From assembly GCF_036321535.1 (NCBI RefSeq), contig NC_087437.1, forward strand, positions 45,820,001 to 45,884,000: a stretch of 64,000 nt of DNA, in the 5' to 3' direction. Under the pieces are notes generated by a model that was not told the DNA's origin, ran no database searches, and was given only the letters and a program-made list of their open reading frames with translations. The stretch is from Camelus dromedarius. Its lineage: Eukaryota. This document shows, piece after piece, positions 48,454 through 63,249 of the stretch. Every line of letters starts with the position of its first letter. The first letter of the stretch is position 1. The translations under genes and the position numbers were made by a program.

Positions 48454-50338
48454 CTCTTTACCAATAGCAAATGCTATCCTACCTTAGTAAACCAAGACTT
48501 GCTTCAATCAGTGCTGTTTTGTAAAAATAGCAAAACAACAAATGCTGAAAATCAAAGCTGAATTACTTGGGTTAAATCAGTTTCTACTCAAACTTAAAAC
48601 ACAGGTTAAAATTTTAGCAGTAATGGCTTAAAAATAATTAGTGACAGAAATAGTGTTATAAATTTGCTAAACTTGATAACAAATGATATTCCTTAATTGA
48701 AATCTTTGAGATATAAATTTGACAACTATTCTCTTCAAAATTGACACTTCTGGATTATTACATTAATCATGACAAACCCTGTTAATCATACATATAAACA
48801 GTCCCATGCTATCATTTATAAATTCTGTATATTTTAGCTTTTAGTTGCATGAGCACAAGAGGTTTGATCTGATACCTACATCTTTAAGAAAATACGTGAT
48901 ATTATAAACAGAGTAAAAGACATGATATAGTAGTGATTACTGAAAAACAAAAAAATAGCAGCTTAACTCTATCTATATTTGAAAAAATGTAGTCACAAGT
49001 ACCACAAACGCAGAATCAGAGCAGCAGGGAAGTTAGTGCAATTATACTTTTTTAAAAAAAAAATTTGAATCACTGCTATTTAAAAACATCTTGAAGCAAG
49101 TCTTTCGTTTTAAAGATTGTTTTTAAACTAAGGTAGCAAACATTTTGCCATGTAATGGCAGTGTTATATGCCGTTATCTTGCTTTGTATAAAGAAAAATA
49201 ACATGAGAGATTTTTAATACTGGAGTTTGGTTACATTACATATTTAAGCTTCTACACAGAATGATGGACACTTTGAGAAGCTAATCCTTATCCAGAAACA
49301 TTTTAATCTCTTAAAAAACAAAGCAAAAGAAACAAACAAACAACAAAAAATCCCCAAAGCTACTTTGCTCCTTTTCACAATAGTGCACATTTTAACCATA
49401 ATTTAGTTATGGCTACAGATATCAGAAGATTTCTTTTATGCATCTTCTCTATGGTATTAAAAAAAAATTGTGCCCTTCTAGTCTTTTAATTGGCAGAAAT
49501 ATGTCCCAAAAAAGAAACTATTGCATTTAAGCCACATCACAAAAAAAAAGAAGCAAAAAAAAACAAACAAAAAAACAAACAAAATACCCAACAGAGCATA
49601 ATACCCTTTTACTGATGTGTCTTACAGATTGACATGACCAAAGTCATATAGTTCCATTTAATTTCCAATTCCCCCTTCCACAACATGCACCAATTGAATA
49701 TATGCTCTGGGAGCCATAAAATGTACCAAACATCTATCTCTTCAAAAGAATGCATTAAAATATTTTTAAGATTTTTTTTTTGTTTAAAAGGTGAAAAAAA
49801 TATAAACAAGAAACAGATTCACTCCCTTACTTCATGCATCCATAAACTAAACCAAAAACGAAGTTTAAAAGCAAGAACAAACTACTGCTGCAAGTTTTTG
49901 TAAGTCCATTTCCTCTGTACATACAAACTGCTAAACTACTGAAGGGAAAAAAGAATATAATCCATGGTGTCTGCTGATTCAAAGGGGAGAAACAAGGCTG
50001 TCATTAGTATCCAAAAACTGGTACATGTATGGGCTGCTTTTATAACGCATATTTTTTCTCTCTTCTGTTTTTCATATCCAAAACTTCTAAATGCTATTTT
50101 AGGGGCACAGCAGATTAGATTCCAGCACTTGGTGAACAGAATTCACAAGCTGTGACAAAATTCTGTCATCTTCAGGGTGCAATTTTGTTTATATACACTG
50201 CATGTATATATTTCTTTTAGATTTGGCTGTAGTGGACTGGCCATGGTTCAAGAAGGACTATAGCAGTACTTGGGTCAGGGACAGTCATTTTGGCTATGTA
50301 CACATTCATAGTCGGTCCATGGCTTCCAACTAGTAGCG

Positions 50339-50365
50339 CTATTTCCGAAGGTCTAATACACAAAC
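50339..50365 (-). CDS. TBL1XR1: TBL1XR1 last coding exon, coding part (VCVLDLRK-stop)
   Basis: ttacag|GTT TGT GTA TTA GAC CTT CGG AAA TAG; matches the C-terminus of TBL1-family proteins. Confidence 0.96.
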   Translation of the reverse strand, partial: VCVLDLRK

Positions 50366-50529
50366 CTGTAAGAAAGTAAAATAATCACGTGTGTAAACAA
50401 TTCCATTGCACCTTTTTAGTTTAACTTTTCAATAGAACTGTTTGGAATCTATTTCTTAGTTCCAAGTTCACGAAACTGGTAAACTAAAAGCAATCACAGC
50501 AGTGGACACCAACAGAAATCACATAATAC

Positions 50530-50720
50530 ATATAAAACAGATGAACAACAAGTTTATACTGTACAGCACAGGAAACTATATTCAGCATCTTGTAGTAACC
50601 TATAACAAAAAAGAATACGAAAACAAATATATGTATGTTCCTCTATGACTAAAGTATTATGTTGTACACCAGAAACTGACACATTATAAACTGACTATAA
50701 TTCAATAAAAAATTTTTTTA
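50530..50720 (+). mobile_element. Short LINE-1 3'-end fragment in the last TBL1XR1 intron (antisense to gene)
   Basis: Near-identical to the 21268 element; aaatcaca on both flanks (possible TSD); retains AATAAA. Confidence 0.82.
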
Positions 50721-51383
50721 AAAATCACAAATTGTCTGAAAGTACAAGAAGGAAACAACTAGGAACTAATGCTACAGAAGAAGAACCATGGCTAAAATTT
50801 TGAAGATTTACTCTCTGTTAATTAAAAAGTAGGAAAAAACATGCTCAAAACAGACCATTTTCTATCTCTTGGACCTTAATGAGACACTACTGATTTTATT
50901 AAAACTGTTGCTTCAGTAAACAGCTAATGGCTATATCCTTTACATCTTCTCTTTGCTTTCAGAACTTTGGAAGCCGTAACTAGTATTTCTGTAAACAGTT
51001 GGCCAGGCGTATCCTGAAAGTGTCTCAGTATCACACATTTCTCAATGCAGACTCAACTGCCTCTATTCTCCCTTCCCTGGGCCACCAACACTCTTCTTTA
51101 AGGAAGAGAAGGTAGAAATAGGCATTATAAATTCAAATCTCTCTCAGAGTGGTACTCTGCTATATTTAATTTCACTGATGAAGGTTTACATTAAAAATAA
51201 CTGCCCATTTCTTGATTGTGAAAGCACTCTTCTGGCATAGATGGCCTAAATTCTGTTTACATTATTTGCATAAAGTGAACATGAAAAGTACAGAGCCCTC
51301 AGTAAAAAAGATCAATACCATATCATAAAATGTATTTTAACACTTCTGCAGACACTACCACAGTAAGCCACATCTATTCACTA

Positions 51384-51542
<159 letters not shown>

Positions 51543-54500
51543 CTAAAATAATGAAAAACAGAATCTCAAAAATGATAAAATATATTATTATATATGTCCA
51601 AATATGGAGGTTAAATATTGTGTGGGTTTACTTCTAGCAAACCAACTCTGAAATAAACACAAGTTCTGAAATATTAGATACATAATACGATGATCCTTCT
51701 ATAAAAAGATAACACCAGCCTGCTCTGAACAGATCACACACACAGTTTCTCCAGTACTGATAACCATCCTTAGCTAAGTTATCTGTGGCCTCTTTGACAG
51801 TTAACAATGGCTAGAAGTAAACATTCAATGCATGACTTGAAATAAACTGTTGTTGCTGAAGTATGCATGAGTTTGGCCAAATTATAGAGAAACAAAATTA
51901 AGTCAGAATCTCTTGACAAAACATCCTAAAGAGGAAGTATAATAAACTAGTAAAGGCAATTCCAGTGTAAGTCTGTTACTCCATATTTACTGACTAATCC
52001 CTAAGCTAGTGGAATTATAAAAGAAGTAAAAGAATGTATGTACAGTATTATTAAAAGATGTTATAACTTAAAAAAAAAGTACAACCAGGAACACTAACAA
52101 TTTCATCAATTAAAGCTGAGTCATAAACATAACTAAATTATTTTATTCCTTCAGCAATGGAAACCAAAATCATTCAGCTGCCATTCGATAATTAAAACTG
52201 AGTACAAAAATGTATTATCTTAGGAAATTAGTCATTAAGCAGGTCAAAGGTCACAGGTTCTGCTGTGAGAAACTGAACAATGAAAAATAGATTCTAGTGA
52301 TCTGCCCTGATAAATCAGAAAAGTATCTCTCAGCTTTACAGTGACCTAAAAAAATCCAACTAGAAGTAGCATAACTATCTAAAAACAACCTAGCAGCAAG
52401 ACACGTATCTTGTAAATACCTTCCGAGACAGCCAGCCCTGAGCTAATCACTGAGCTGGTGACCATTTCCCCCTGCTTTCCTCTTGTCTGGTAATACTGCA
52501 GAAACCACAGATGCACTGCTACAGCTGGTCACACTGGGAAGGCCCAACAGTCATCCCCCACCCCTCCAACCTAAAATTTCCCACAATGTTAAGAGATTCA
52601 TGAGAAAGTATGAGTATAGTAGGTCTTAAGTATCTACAGTTAATTAGGAGAGAAGGGAGTGGCACCAACATTATCTAAACTCCACTGATGTACAGAAAGT
52701 AAAATCTATAGGACAGTCAACTTTGGGATTTAAAAAAAAAATCAAAACTTCCTTTCAATAGTACTTACCAATTTCTAAGCCTGAATTAGGCTTTAAATGA
52801 ACCAAAATAGTATGGTCAACAAGCCAGAGCTATCACATTAACAAATGCCAAAGGATCATTAGCATCTACTCAAATCTGTGTTCAGACTAGACTGTAACAA
52901 CCTACCTGCCAAATACTTAGGTAACATATTATTCAAGTAATGAAAGAAAAAAACTACATGTATATGCAACAAAAAGATAATGCCTTTCTCTACACTAAAA
53001 ACTCACAAGATGCATTTTACTATTTTCAAACGTAGAAGAAAAAAAGTAAAATGACATTTTAATACACGATAGTGATACAACAGAACAGTACGGATGGATA
53101 GTTGCTCAAATGCCCTTAAAAGTCAAGCAGTATCTTCCATTAGAACTTTACAGTTCTATAACAAAATTTTTTTTAAATTGATTTACTTAAAATGGAGTCA
53201 AAATGGAGTAAATGAGTGATGGAAAATGTATACAAAAGGCAGGTTATCTATAGATTGTATCAAAAAAGCTTCTGCTATTCAATCACAACAGAAAGGTTAA
53301 TTTGAAAGGAAAGCTAAGGAAATATAAACCATTAAAAGTAATTAAGAGAGCTCAGAAGGGATGATGGATTAAATATCAATATGCCAAAATTTATAATGTT
53401 CCAAACGGGAGCAACCATCAATAAGTAAAATGAATATATTGTTATAAAGATGCTATTCATGGTAACAATAAAATCCATAAGGTACCTCAGAAAAAATTAA
53501 GAAAAAAGATCTTTATGAAAAAATTGTTAGAACTTTAGTGAAGGGGGGGAAAAAGACTTGGTATGGGGGACTTACAAAGTCACAGTTACTAAAACTAAGC
53601 TAATGATGCATGTACATACAAATTTATCAATCAGTGGAAAACAACAATCTATGAATAAACCACACAAGAACTCAGCATATGAAAGAACTGACATCATGAA
53701 ACAGTAAAGGAACAGTAAGCTTTGCTGCTACAAGTGGCTATCCATACAGAAAGATAAAATTAGAACTCTACCTCACACCATACATGAAAACCAATTTTAA
53801 GGGAGTTAAAAATACAAATGAAAACACTAGACAGTGGGAGTATAAAGTTAAAACATCATAATGCTTTTTTTTTACCAAAAAACTCAAGAAGAATAAAAGA
53901 GAAACCAATAAAAAAAGTTACCTACAGAGGATCAAGAAAAAAAAAATGAGGGCAAGACTTCTCAGTGTATACCTTTTTACAGCGTTTGGGAGGTTTTTTG
54001 AACATTTGAATGTGTAACTTAATCAAAAAACAGTATCTGAAAATGACTTCTGCAAAATAGTCTGACCAACTATAGAAAGACAGTCCACAGTAACTCAGTA
54101 TGTGTGTACTACAACCAGCAAAGATCTCATCACAGAAGGGAGAATGGGGGGTGGGGAGGGGTGTGGCAGGGAAACTCGCATGACTGCTACCAAAGAATAC
54201 ACGGCACATAAAAACCAAAACACTAAGATAAAAAACAAAAAGAGGACGTTTTCTCCACTTTCAAGAAAGGATCTCCGTAGCATTATCCCTAAAAAGGTAG
54301 TATAGTTTTAAGTTTGTTTCTGATAAATCATGTGTTCAAGCATAAAATCTTGTCCTTTAGTGTATTTTTTTTTACTGCTCATACATACTTCCTTCAAAGA
54401 TAATTATTTTAGAAAATAAAGAAATAATATCATTTAGCTAAATAAATGCATCCTAAACTCTAACATTTTATGTTTGCAAAACTGTCGTAAAGATAAAACA

Positions 54501-54718
54501 GAGAATCTAAATTGATCTTTAAATTCTAGTCTACACTATGAAAGTGTAACTTCAGTTGGTCTTAATCTTTACTAAGCCGTAAATTCTCCTCAAAAATAGT
54601 CATTTAAAAACTAAGAATTGAATTAATGTCACAAAAGGAATGATAACCAAAAGTGAAGAAAATATTCGTATAGATAGGCAAATGCTTCTTGCCAATATAA
54701 GACTACTTGACTATTTCA

Positions 54719-55027
<309 letters not shown>

Positions 55028-55380
55028 TTAGGAAGGAAATGTTCTGGAAACACAGCTAACAGGAAAAAAAGCAGCTTAATTAACGGCATCTCCAAGTTCC
55101 GGAACAGGAAAACATAAACGAACTAATTCACTGTATTCCTTTGCTCTTTAAATAATTTCTTTATATTGACCCATAGTTTTGAAACACTGTACTGAACATA
55201 TTTTTAACTTTATCTTTCTAAAAAGATGCTGAAAAAGCTTTATGGTACTGTATCTCAATTACTTGGTTTAAAATAGTATTTGATATCAGTAAATATTTGA
55301 TATCTCCAGATATAATTTTCTGTCATACTTATAAGAAACTTTCAAAGACTCATAAAAGGAAAAGTAAAACAGAAATGTTA

Positions 55381-55509
<129 letters not shown>

Positions 55510-55770
55510 CTAAGCAAAAAAGAAAAAAAAGTATGTAATTATTCTTCCATACAAAGGATACATTTATAATACTATTTTCCCAGTGCAAAATATAAGCAGT
55601 GCAACCAGAAGCACGATTACAGAGATTAAGGGAATACTTGCAAAGAAATTAAAATGTAGGAGAATATATTTAACATTTATCTTTCTAAAATGACAAATAA
55701 GCATCAAGTCCTTTCTAAATATTCACTATTGTGAGGCTTCAGGATTAAACTAACTATAGTCCTAAAATCA

Positions 55771-55975
55771 TTTTTTTTTAAACCTGGAAGTACAGTAAGT
55801 TACAATGTGTCAGTTTCTGGTGTACAGCACAGTATCCCAGTCATGCATCTACATACACATATTTGTTTTCATATTCTTTTTCATTAAAGGTTATTATGAG
55901 ATATTAAATATAGTCCCCTGTGCTACACAGAATAAATTTGTTTTTTTAATCTGTTTTTATATATAGTGGCTAAGA
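55771..55975 (-). mobile_element. Short LINE-1 3'-end fragment (intronic, sense to gene)
   Basis: T-tract then cagtttctggtgtacagc...atattaaatatagtcccctgtgctacacag, reverse complement of the same L1 tail. Confidence 0.8.
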
Positions 55976-56189
55976 TTACTTCTGATAGCTTCAGATGGCA
56001 CAAACTTCAATATTCACTAAGTTCCTTGGGTAACGATCCTAAAATGTTTAAGGCATTAGTTTTTATGCTGTCTTTTAAACAAAAGATCTACCTTACAAAT
56101 CCCTCTTAGAATTTAGTATCAGGAAATATTTTGCAATGGAGAAGGTAAAATAGATAAGCAGCATACAGATAATACTAACATGATTCAGG

Positions 56190-57230
56190 CTGACCCCAAA
56201 GCATAGGCAACAAAAGCAAAAAAAAAAAAAAAAAAAAAAAGGCAAGTGAGACTATGTAAAATTAAAAAGCTTCTGCACAGCAAAGGAAATAATAAAATAA
56301 AAAGCAACCTATGGAATGAGAGAATATACTGCAAACCATATATCCAGTAAGGAGTTAATTTCCAAAATACATAAGGAAATCCTACAACTCAACAGCAAAA
56401 ACACCTAATAACCCAATTTAAAAATGGGCAGAGGACTTGAATAGACATTTCTCCAAAGAAGATATATAAATGGGCAATAGGTGTATGAAATGATGCTCAC
56501 TGTCACTAATCATCAAGGAAATGCAAATCAAAGCTACAATGGAGGTATCACTTCACAACTGTTAGGGTGGCTACTATAAATTTTTAGAATACAATAAATG
56601 TTGACAAGGATGTGGAGAAACTGGATCCCTTGTACACTGCTGATGTGAATGCAAAATGGTATAGCTGCCATGAAAAACCAACATGAAGGTTCTGCCCCAG
56701 ATTTTAAGAACTACTACCATATGATCCAACAATTCTTCTTATGAATATCCAAAAAAATTGCAATCAGGATCCTGAGGAAGTATCTGCATTCCCTTGTTCA
56801 CTGCAGCACTATTACCAAAAGCCAAGATATGGATACAACCTAAGTGTCCATCAATGGATGAATGGATAAAGAAAATGTATACACACACAACATATGTACA
56901 TACAGTGGAGTATTATTCAGTCTTAACATAGAAGGAAATCCTGTAATATATGACAGCATGAATGAATCTTAAGGACAAATATTGCATGATTCCATTTACA
57001 TTAGGCATCTAAGAGTCAAACTTATAGAAGCCAAGAAAAGAATGGTGGTTGTCAGGGGCTGGGGAGAGGGGGAGTTGCTAACCAACAAGTATAAAATATC
57101 AGTTCTAGAGATTTGCTATACAATACTGTGCCTGCAGATAACAATACTGAGCTGTACATTTAAAAATCTGTTAAAAGAACAGATCTCATGTTATATGTTC
57201 CTACCATAATAAAATTTAAAAAATTTTAGA
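56190..57230 (+). mobile_element. 5'-truncated LINE-1 (L1MA-type), intronic, antisense
   Basis: aaaaagcttctgcacagcaaaggaa, aaaatgggcagaggacttgaatagacatttctccaaagaaga, gtgtccatcaatggatgaatggataaagaaaatgt, and 3'UTR with AATAAA. Confidence 0.92.
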
Positions 57231-57462
57231 AGTTTCATATAGAAGAAACCATGAAAACTAACAAAGCAATAGTTAAAATGGTGAGTAGAGAACAAGCCTT
57301 TCTTGAGTTGATAACACACCTATGCTTATAGATTAAAAATTCACATTATTTTTGAGCAAAAATTAAGAGAAATGTACACCAAGAATAGTTCTGACAAAAA
57401 TCACTCAATAAAGACATGGGGTGGATGAGTCTTGCCAAATACAAATAAACACCAAACCCAAG

Positions 57463-57671
57463 GGGGAGGTATGGCTCAGTGGTGGAGTGCATGCCTAGTA
57501 TGCACAGGGTCCTGAGTTCAATCCCCAGTACCTCCACTTAGAAAGTAAATAAATAAATAAATAAACCTAATTACCTCCCCTCTTGCAAAAATTTTAATTA
57601 GAGAAGTAAAAAAATTAATAAATTCAACCTTAAAAACAAAACAACAACAACAAAAACAAACAAAAAACTCC
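57463..57671 (+). mobile_element. tRNA-derived SINE (camelid vic-1-like), intronic
   Basis: ggggaggtatggctcagtggtggagtgcatgcctagtatgcacagggtcctgagttcaatcccc; (TAAA)n; 13-bp TSD caccaaacccaag at 57450-57462 and 57672-57684. Confidence 0.88.
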
Positions 57672-57716
57672 CACCAAACCCAAGTGCCTACAAACAAACA
57701 AAATTAGCTGGGCTTC

Positions 57717-57858
57717 CACAGAAAACTATATTCAATACCTTGTAATAGCCTTTAATGAAAAAGAATATGAAAAGGAATATATATGTATGTGTAAATAAAT
57801 CACTATGCTGTACACCAGAAATCAATACAACATTGTAACAAACTATACTTCAAAAAAC
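57717..57858 (+). mobile_element. Short LINE-1 3'-end fragment
   Basis: aactatattcaataccttgtaatagcc...tcactatgctgtacaccagaaat; flanked by ttagctgggcttc / ttagccaggcttc (diverged TSD). Confidence 0.78.
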
Positions 57859-57999
57859 ATTAGCCAGGCTTCACACTTCTGCAATATAACTAGTAAGAGA
57901 TAACAAAGCAGTATCATAATGTTTTTGTATCCTAGGTATATATAACTCCATGTAAATAAATCCAAAAAGTATGTTTCCAAAACATATTTCATTTGACCT

Positions 58000-58570
58000 T
58001 TCAATAGCACTGATACTACTGATCACTCTAAACCATTACCTTCCTTGAAATACTCTTTACAGTTTCCACTGAGGTCATTCCTTCTAAGGTTTCCTTTTGG
58101 AAGCTCATTTCTCTTGAGCTGGTAAATGTTGATGTTTCTTAAGACTGTATTAGGTTTCATCTTCTCTTACTCTATACTTTCTACCTACACAATTTTGTCC
58201 ATGCTCATGGCTTTGAATGACCACCCGAGAATCTGCTGAGAATTCCCTAAATTTTATGTCAAGCTTAGAGCTGTTCTCTGAGCATCAGATCCATCTAGCA
58301 TCTTCACTTCCATGACTCAAAAGCACTGTACAAGTTGTATACATTCTCCTCACTAATCTGCTGTTCCCTGTTTGCAGAACATGGCTTCACTAGACATTAT
58401 CCATCCTTCTAGTTTCTGCTTTAAAATTCTATGACCTTTTACTATTCTTAGAACAAAGAAAAGCTCTCTACCACTTTCTAGTTTAAACTTCTCTAATTGC
58501 AACTCAACCCCTGATAGTGGGCTCTCTCGCCATGGGCCTTCTTTCACTCCCTCATATGGGCCATACTCTG
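58000..58570 (+). mobile_element. L2 LINE fragments
   Basis: ccttccttgaaatactct...catggctttgaatgaccac...ttctctgagcatcagatcc resemble L2 ORF2/3' sequence. Confidence 0.55.
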
Positions 58571-58596
58571 TTCCAGAAGCCCCTCCATTTGATAAG

Positions 58597-59030
58597 TGTT
58601 AAATATGTGTGTGTGCAAAGCAATCTCACAAACGTAAGTGTGAAGAAAAGTATTTTTACTAGCAATGTTTGCAAGGGAGCCCAGGCTTGAGGAAAATCAC
58701 CTATCTAACTTAAAAACATAGCAGGTATTTAAAGAAAAAAACCATCAGGTTTACCAAGGTTATATTTAGTCTGCTCATGGGAAGAGAAAAAGCAGTTTCC
58801 CCCATGAGTATCCTACTGGTAAGGGTCATTACGTCTGCAGTCAATGGCATTGCAAAGTCAAAGGTAAGTTATTTTCAGTAGACTTAGCATGATGAAAGAA
58901 AGGGCTCAAGCATCATTAATTCAGAAGGTTAGTATTAGGTTGTTCTTTATCTCAAAATGCTTTTTCTCCCCTCTAACGCTGGTGTGTGATGTGTGAAGGG
59001 GCAAGGTATTAGTTTTGCTTTTAGTTAACA
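58597..59030. mobile_element. Possible solo LTR
   Basis: Bounded by inverted TGTTAA...TTAACA; family not recognised. Confidence 0.35.
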
Positions 59031-59444
59031 CAACAAGAAAAGCATAAATGAAGGTTGAGATGTGGATACTGACACGTCAGCTAGGCTCACTCACCAGTTA
59101 AATGATTCTCTGCTACGTACCAGTTTCCCAGCAAGGGTTATACATGTTCATACCACAGCAAAATCAAATTAATACAATTCGCAGAATTTCAGTCAAACCC
59201 GTGAATACTACAAAGATCTTCACTACTTATGAGTCAGATCTTTACATGTACCAATATATGACTTTCTAATAGTGAAGACAAATTATAACAGCACAAACCT
59301 TAGTATTATAATTCCCATTATAGTCATTTTTTAAAATATAACTTATTTGCTATATTCAAACATCTGAAATAATTCACAAAAGAAAATATAAAAAACAATG
59401 ATCATTAAAAAGTAGAGTAAGTCCTTAGCTACATTTAAGTATCA

Positions 59445-59612
<168 letters not shown>

Positions 59613-59712
59613 CTAAAAATAACAGTAAATACAGACATTTTCACTTTATAGACTTGGCTACTCTTCGGGTATTAAACATACTTACTTCAAAACCACTCTG
59701 AAACATTACTTA

Positions 59713-59904
<192 letters not shown>

Positions 59905-60739
59905 TCAGTCTGCATGTACTGAAATCATTAAGAACACTAATAGGAATCTAAATATTTCACTTTATACTTTTTAAAGATACTAACAGAATTTTTAAAAATC
60001 ACAGTATCTAAACATCACAAATATTAATAAATTTCAGTTTAGCTATCCAGCAGAAAGTACACTGGCCTAGTTACCAGGAGATTAGGGCTCCTTAGAACCC
60101 ACTCTGTAAACTACTAGCACTGGATTCTTGGTTTCTCATTTGTAAAATGATAAAATTAAATGTGATGCTTTACCTTCCTTTTATTTCTCAAATTCTGTGA
60201 ATGTTCAATGAATAAGCAGCCTTGGTTCTGGCACTCCAAAACCAGTGAGCCCTAAGCAAGTCATCTAACCTCGCATGTTATTTTTCTAATTAAAAAAAGC
60301 GGGGGGTGGGGGGCGGATAAAACCTTTAAGCTTAGTACAGAAGGATATTGTGAAAACCAAGTTAGATAATGCGTATGAAAAGTACTTCGTAAATTACAAG
60401 TTAGACGGGTGTTACACTGTGTAAGTTATCATTTCCATTATCTACTCAGCTAATAAGTGGAATATTCCATGAATCGCAAATAGATTTTCTTCTAGGTGAT
60501 TCTTGTCAAATCCCTCTTAAAATCTACATCATTGAATTTAAAACCTCAGAGGCCCAAAAGCCAGCTGGCATTTAATACTTATTTTAGCTCTGATATGATT
60601 AAAGATTCTTTCCTTTCATTTTCCCCTGCTGCATAGTGCAAAGGCTCTCTATAATTAGCAATGCAGATTAAGGTAATGATAGCAAGTAATTGGGTTAAGC
60701 AATAGAAGCATGCCAAAAAAAAAAAAAAAAAAAAAAAAC

Positions 60740-61555
60740 AGATTTAGAGCAGGCGGTAGGTAGCGGGGTAAAGGGGAGATCAGCGCCCTTGGCTCAAGAT
60801 GAGGCAGATCCTGAGGTGTAACAAGCACTCCAGGGCCCTGCCTGATCAGGATGGGACTGGGCTTCTTCACCAGAAACTGCTCCCTTCCTTGGCTCCTTCC
60901 CGCTTTTCCCTTCTGCTTCCCACACAGAGTTCCTCACTTGTTTCTCCTGGGAAGGATTTTTAAATAAATCACTTCACTCAAAGTCTGCTTCTGGGAGAAT
61001 CTGAGGAAATCAGTCAGGAAACAAAAATACAGTCCAACTGTGATGAGCACTGTGCGTGGACTCTGCATCACAACTTCCTAGAGCAGCGCAGATGACCCTG
61101 GGTCCAGTCCTTACCACGCTTTGCCCTGCTGTGCCCTGACCCCAGGGGACTGCCTCCTGCAAATCACACATCCCAGGCCCCTGTGCCTGCAGGTGTCCAG
61201 AGGGGTTCGTCCAGGGGAAGACACTGCCATGAGCCCAGGGCCAGGGGAAAGAGCAGCCGGGCACTTCCGCTGTCACCGTTCTTGCAGGCTGGGCTTCTGG
61301 TGGTGACAGGACTACTCCATGGTGCCCGTTCTTGCCAGGCAGCCTCTCCTCTAAAGTCCTCATTCCCACTGGGTGGTTGGATCCTATCTTCTCTACAGTC
61401 TCAGGTTTACCGCAGTTGTTAAACTCTGGGTTACCTCACCTTCCTCTATTTTTCACTCTTGGCAATACTTCTGCCACTATTTCCTAGTATTATATTCCCT
61501 TTCTGGGATTACCTGGTTTAGATTCTGTTTTTGTACCTGGCATTGGATTCAGCAA
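60740..61555 (+). mobile_element. Old ERVL LTR fragments (LTR16/LTR33/LTR41-like)
   Basis: GC-rich block; aataaatcactt...gtctgcttctgggagaa at ~60963-61000 resembles ERVL LTR 3' ends. Confidence 0.45.
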
Positions 61556-62339
61556 CTAAAACACCTTCATTCTGACATTAAATATTATTACTTAAGACAT
61601 AATTTCAAAAACATTCTTAACAAAACGTTTCTTTGGTAAATAATTTGTTTTAGTGTTGAGAAGAGGTGGGGGGAGGGCGGGGTGGGGAGGCTTGCAAATC
61701 TAGCTAATTCAAAAGACAATTAAAGGTGTAACAACATGCTATGCAAAAGGCCTAGGATCTGCCATGCTGCACCAGGTGTTAATGTGGTAGAGAACCATCT
61801 GTGAAATATTAGACAGGAGGCTAAGAAAATCAGAAGTAGCTCTCAAACAAATACACCATCAGGTTCAGAACAAAACAGAAACAAACTGTATAACCAGGCA
61901 AAGATAACTGGAAAAAGCTAGGGAATGCTACAACATGAGCTGCAGGACTAATGCTTCTGTGATACACCTGGCTCCTAAAACACAACGACCACAGTTTGGT
62001 ATAATCTAAGACCATATACCTCCTTGCTTTATATTTATTCCTAAGATGAGTCTAGGTAACACAGGTTCTTCAGGATAGAAACATGTCTCTTACATAAAAT
62101 GTACTTTTACATAGATAATGTGTGAGAGGTGTGTTTGTGCTACTGTCTCCTTTTACACGGGATGAAAGGGGCTAAGAAAACTTTATTTGCCTAGGGTTAC
62201 ACAATCTTTTAAATTCCTGGAGCTAAGATTAAATTTCTGTGTGCTCCAATTCTAATTTTTTTGTTAACCCATGCATCCTTCATAATTTAAAAGGTAACAA
62301 ACCTATAAGGAAAGGGGGAAACAACATTTATTATTCATT

Positions 62340-63150
62340 TGCTTTTTTTAATAAACAGCTCCACTGAGGTACAATTCACGTAACATAAATTTCACTCATT
62401 TAAAGCGTGCAATTCAATTCAATGGTTTTTTAGTATGTTATATTAATAATTTAAAAATATTGTGGTCATATATAAAACTTGTCATTTTATTAAGTGTAAA
62501 ATTCAATGGTATCAAATACATTCAAAATGTTGTGCAACCATCACCACTATTTCCAAAACTTTTTCATCACCCCAAACAGAAACTCTGCAACCCATTAAGC
62601 AATAATTAAATTTCTCCCTCCTCCTAGCCCCTGATAATCTCAAAGTTTTACTTTTTGTCTCTATGAATCTGCCTATTCTGACTACTTCACATAAGTAGAA
62701 CCACACTCTTTACCCTCTTGTGTCTCATTTATTTAACTTAGCATAATGTGTACAAGTTCTCTTGTATTATAGCATGTGTCAGAACTTCATTTATTTTTAC
62801 GGCTGAATAATAATGCATTGTACTTATAGACTACATTCTGTTTATCCATTCATCTGCTGATGGACAGTAGGTTGTTCCCATCCTCTGGTGAATAATGCTG
62901 GTATGAACACTGACATACAAGAATCTGTTCAAGTACCTGCTTTCAACTCTTTTGGATATATACCTAGCAGCAGAATTACTGAGTCATATGGTATTTCTAT
63001 GTTCAGCTTTTCGAGGAACTGTCATATTGTTTCCCACAATGACTTATACCATTTTCCATACCTGCTAGCAGAGTATAAGGATTCTAATTTCTCCACATTA
63101 TCCTAAACATTGTTTTTTATTGCCATTGAATGGGTATAAAGTGGTAAGGT
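62340..63150 (-). mobile_element. L1MB-type 3' fragments (intronic)
   Basis: tgtgcaaccatcaccactatttccaaaacttttcatcaccccaaacagaaactct...tttatccattcatctgctgatggaca...cttttggatatatacctag. Confidence 0.88.
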
Positions 63151-63249
63151 AACTCATTATGACTCATATATAATCATGATTTATGCTTTATGTAAGAGTG
63201 TATATGGAAGAAAATAGAGTATAAGAATTAAAATATGGTAGTTTGGAAA

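Larger units (their letters stand above)
44120..50338 (-). other. TBL1XR1: TBL1XR1 3'UTR (long, AU-rich; distal end uncertain)
   Basis: Directly follows the stop codon; ~6 kb without recognisable SINE/LINE/LTR, unlike flanking DNA; U-tracts, Pumilio motifs, miRNA seed matches and several AATAAA/ATTAAA on the minus strand. Confidence 0.75.

Noticed and set aside
50330..50341. Stop-codon readthrough at TAG-C
   Set aside because: A second in-frame TAG follows two codons later (TAG CGC TAC TAG), so any extension would be trivial.
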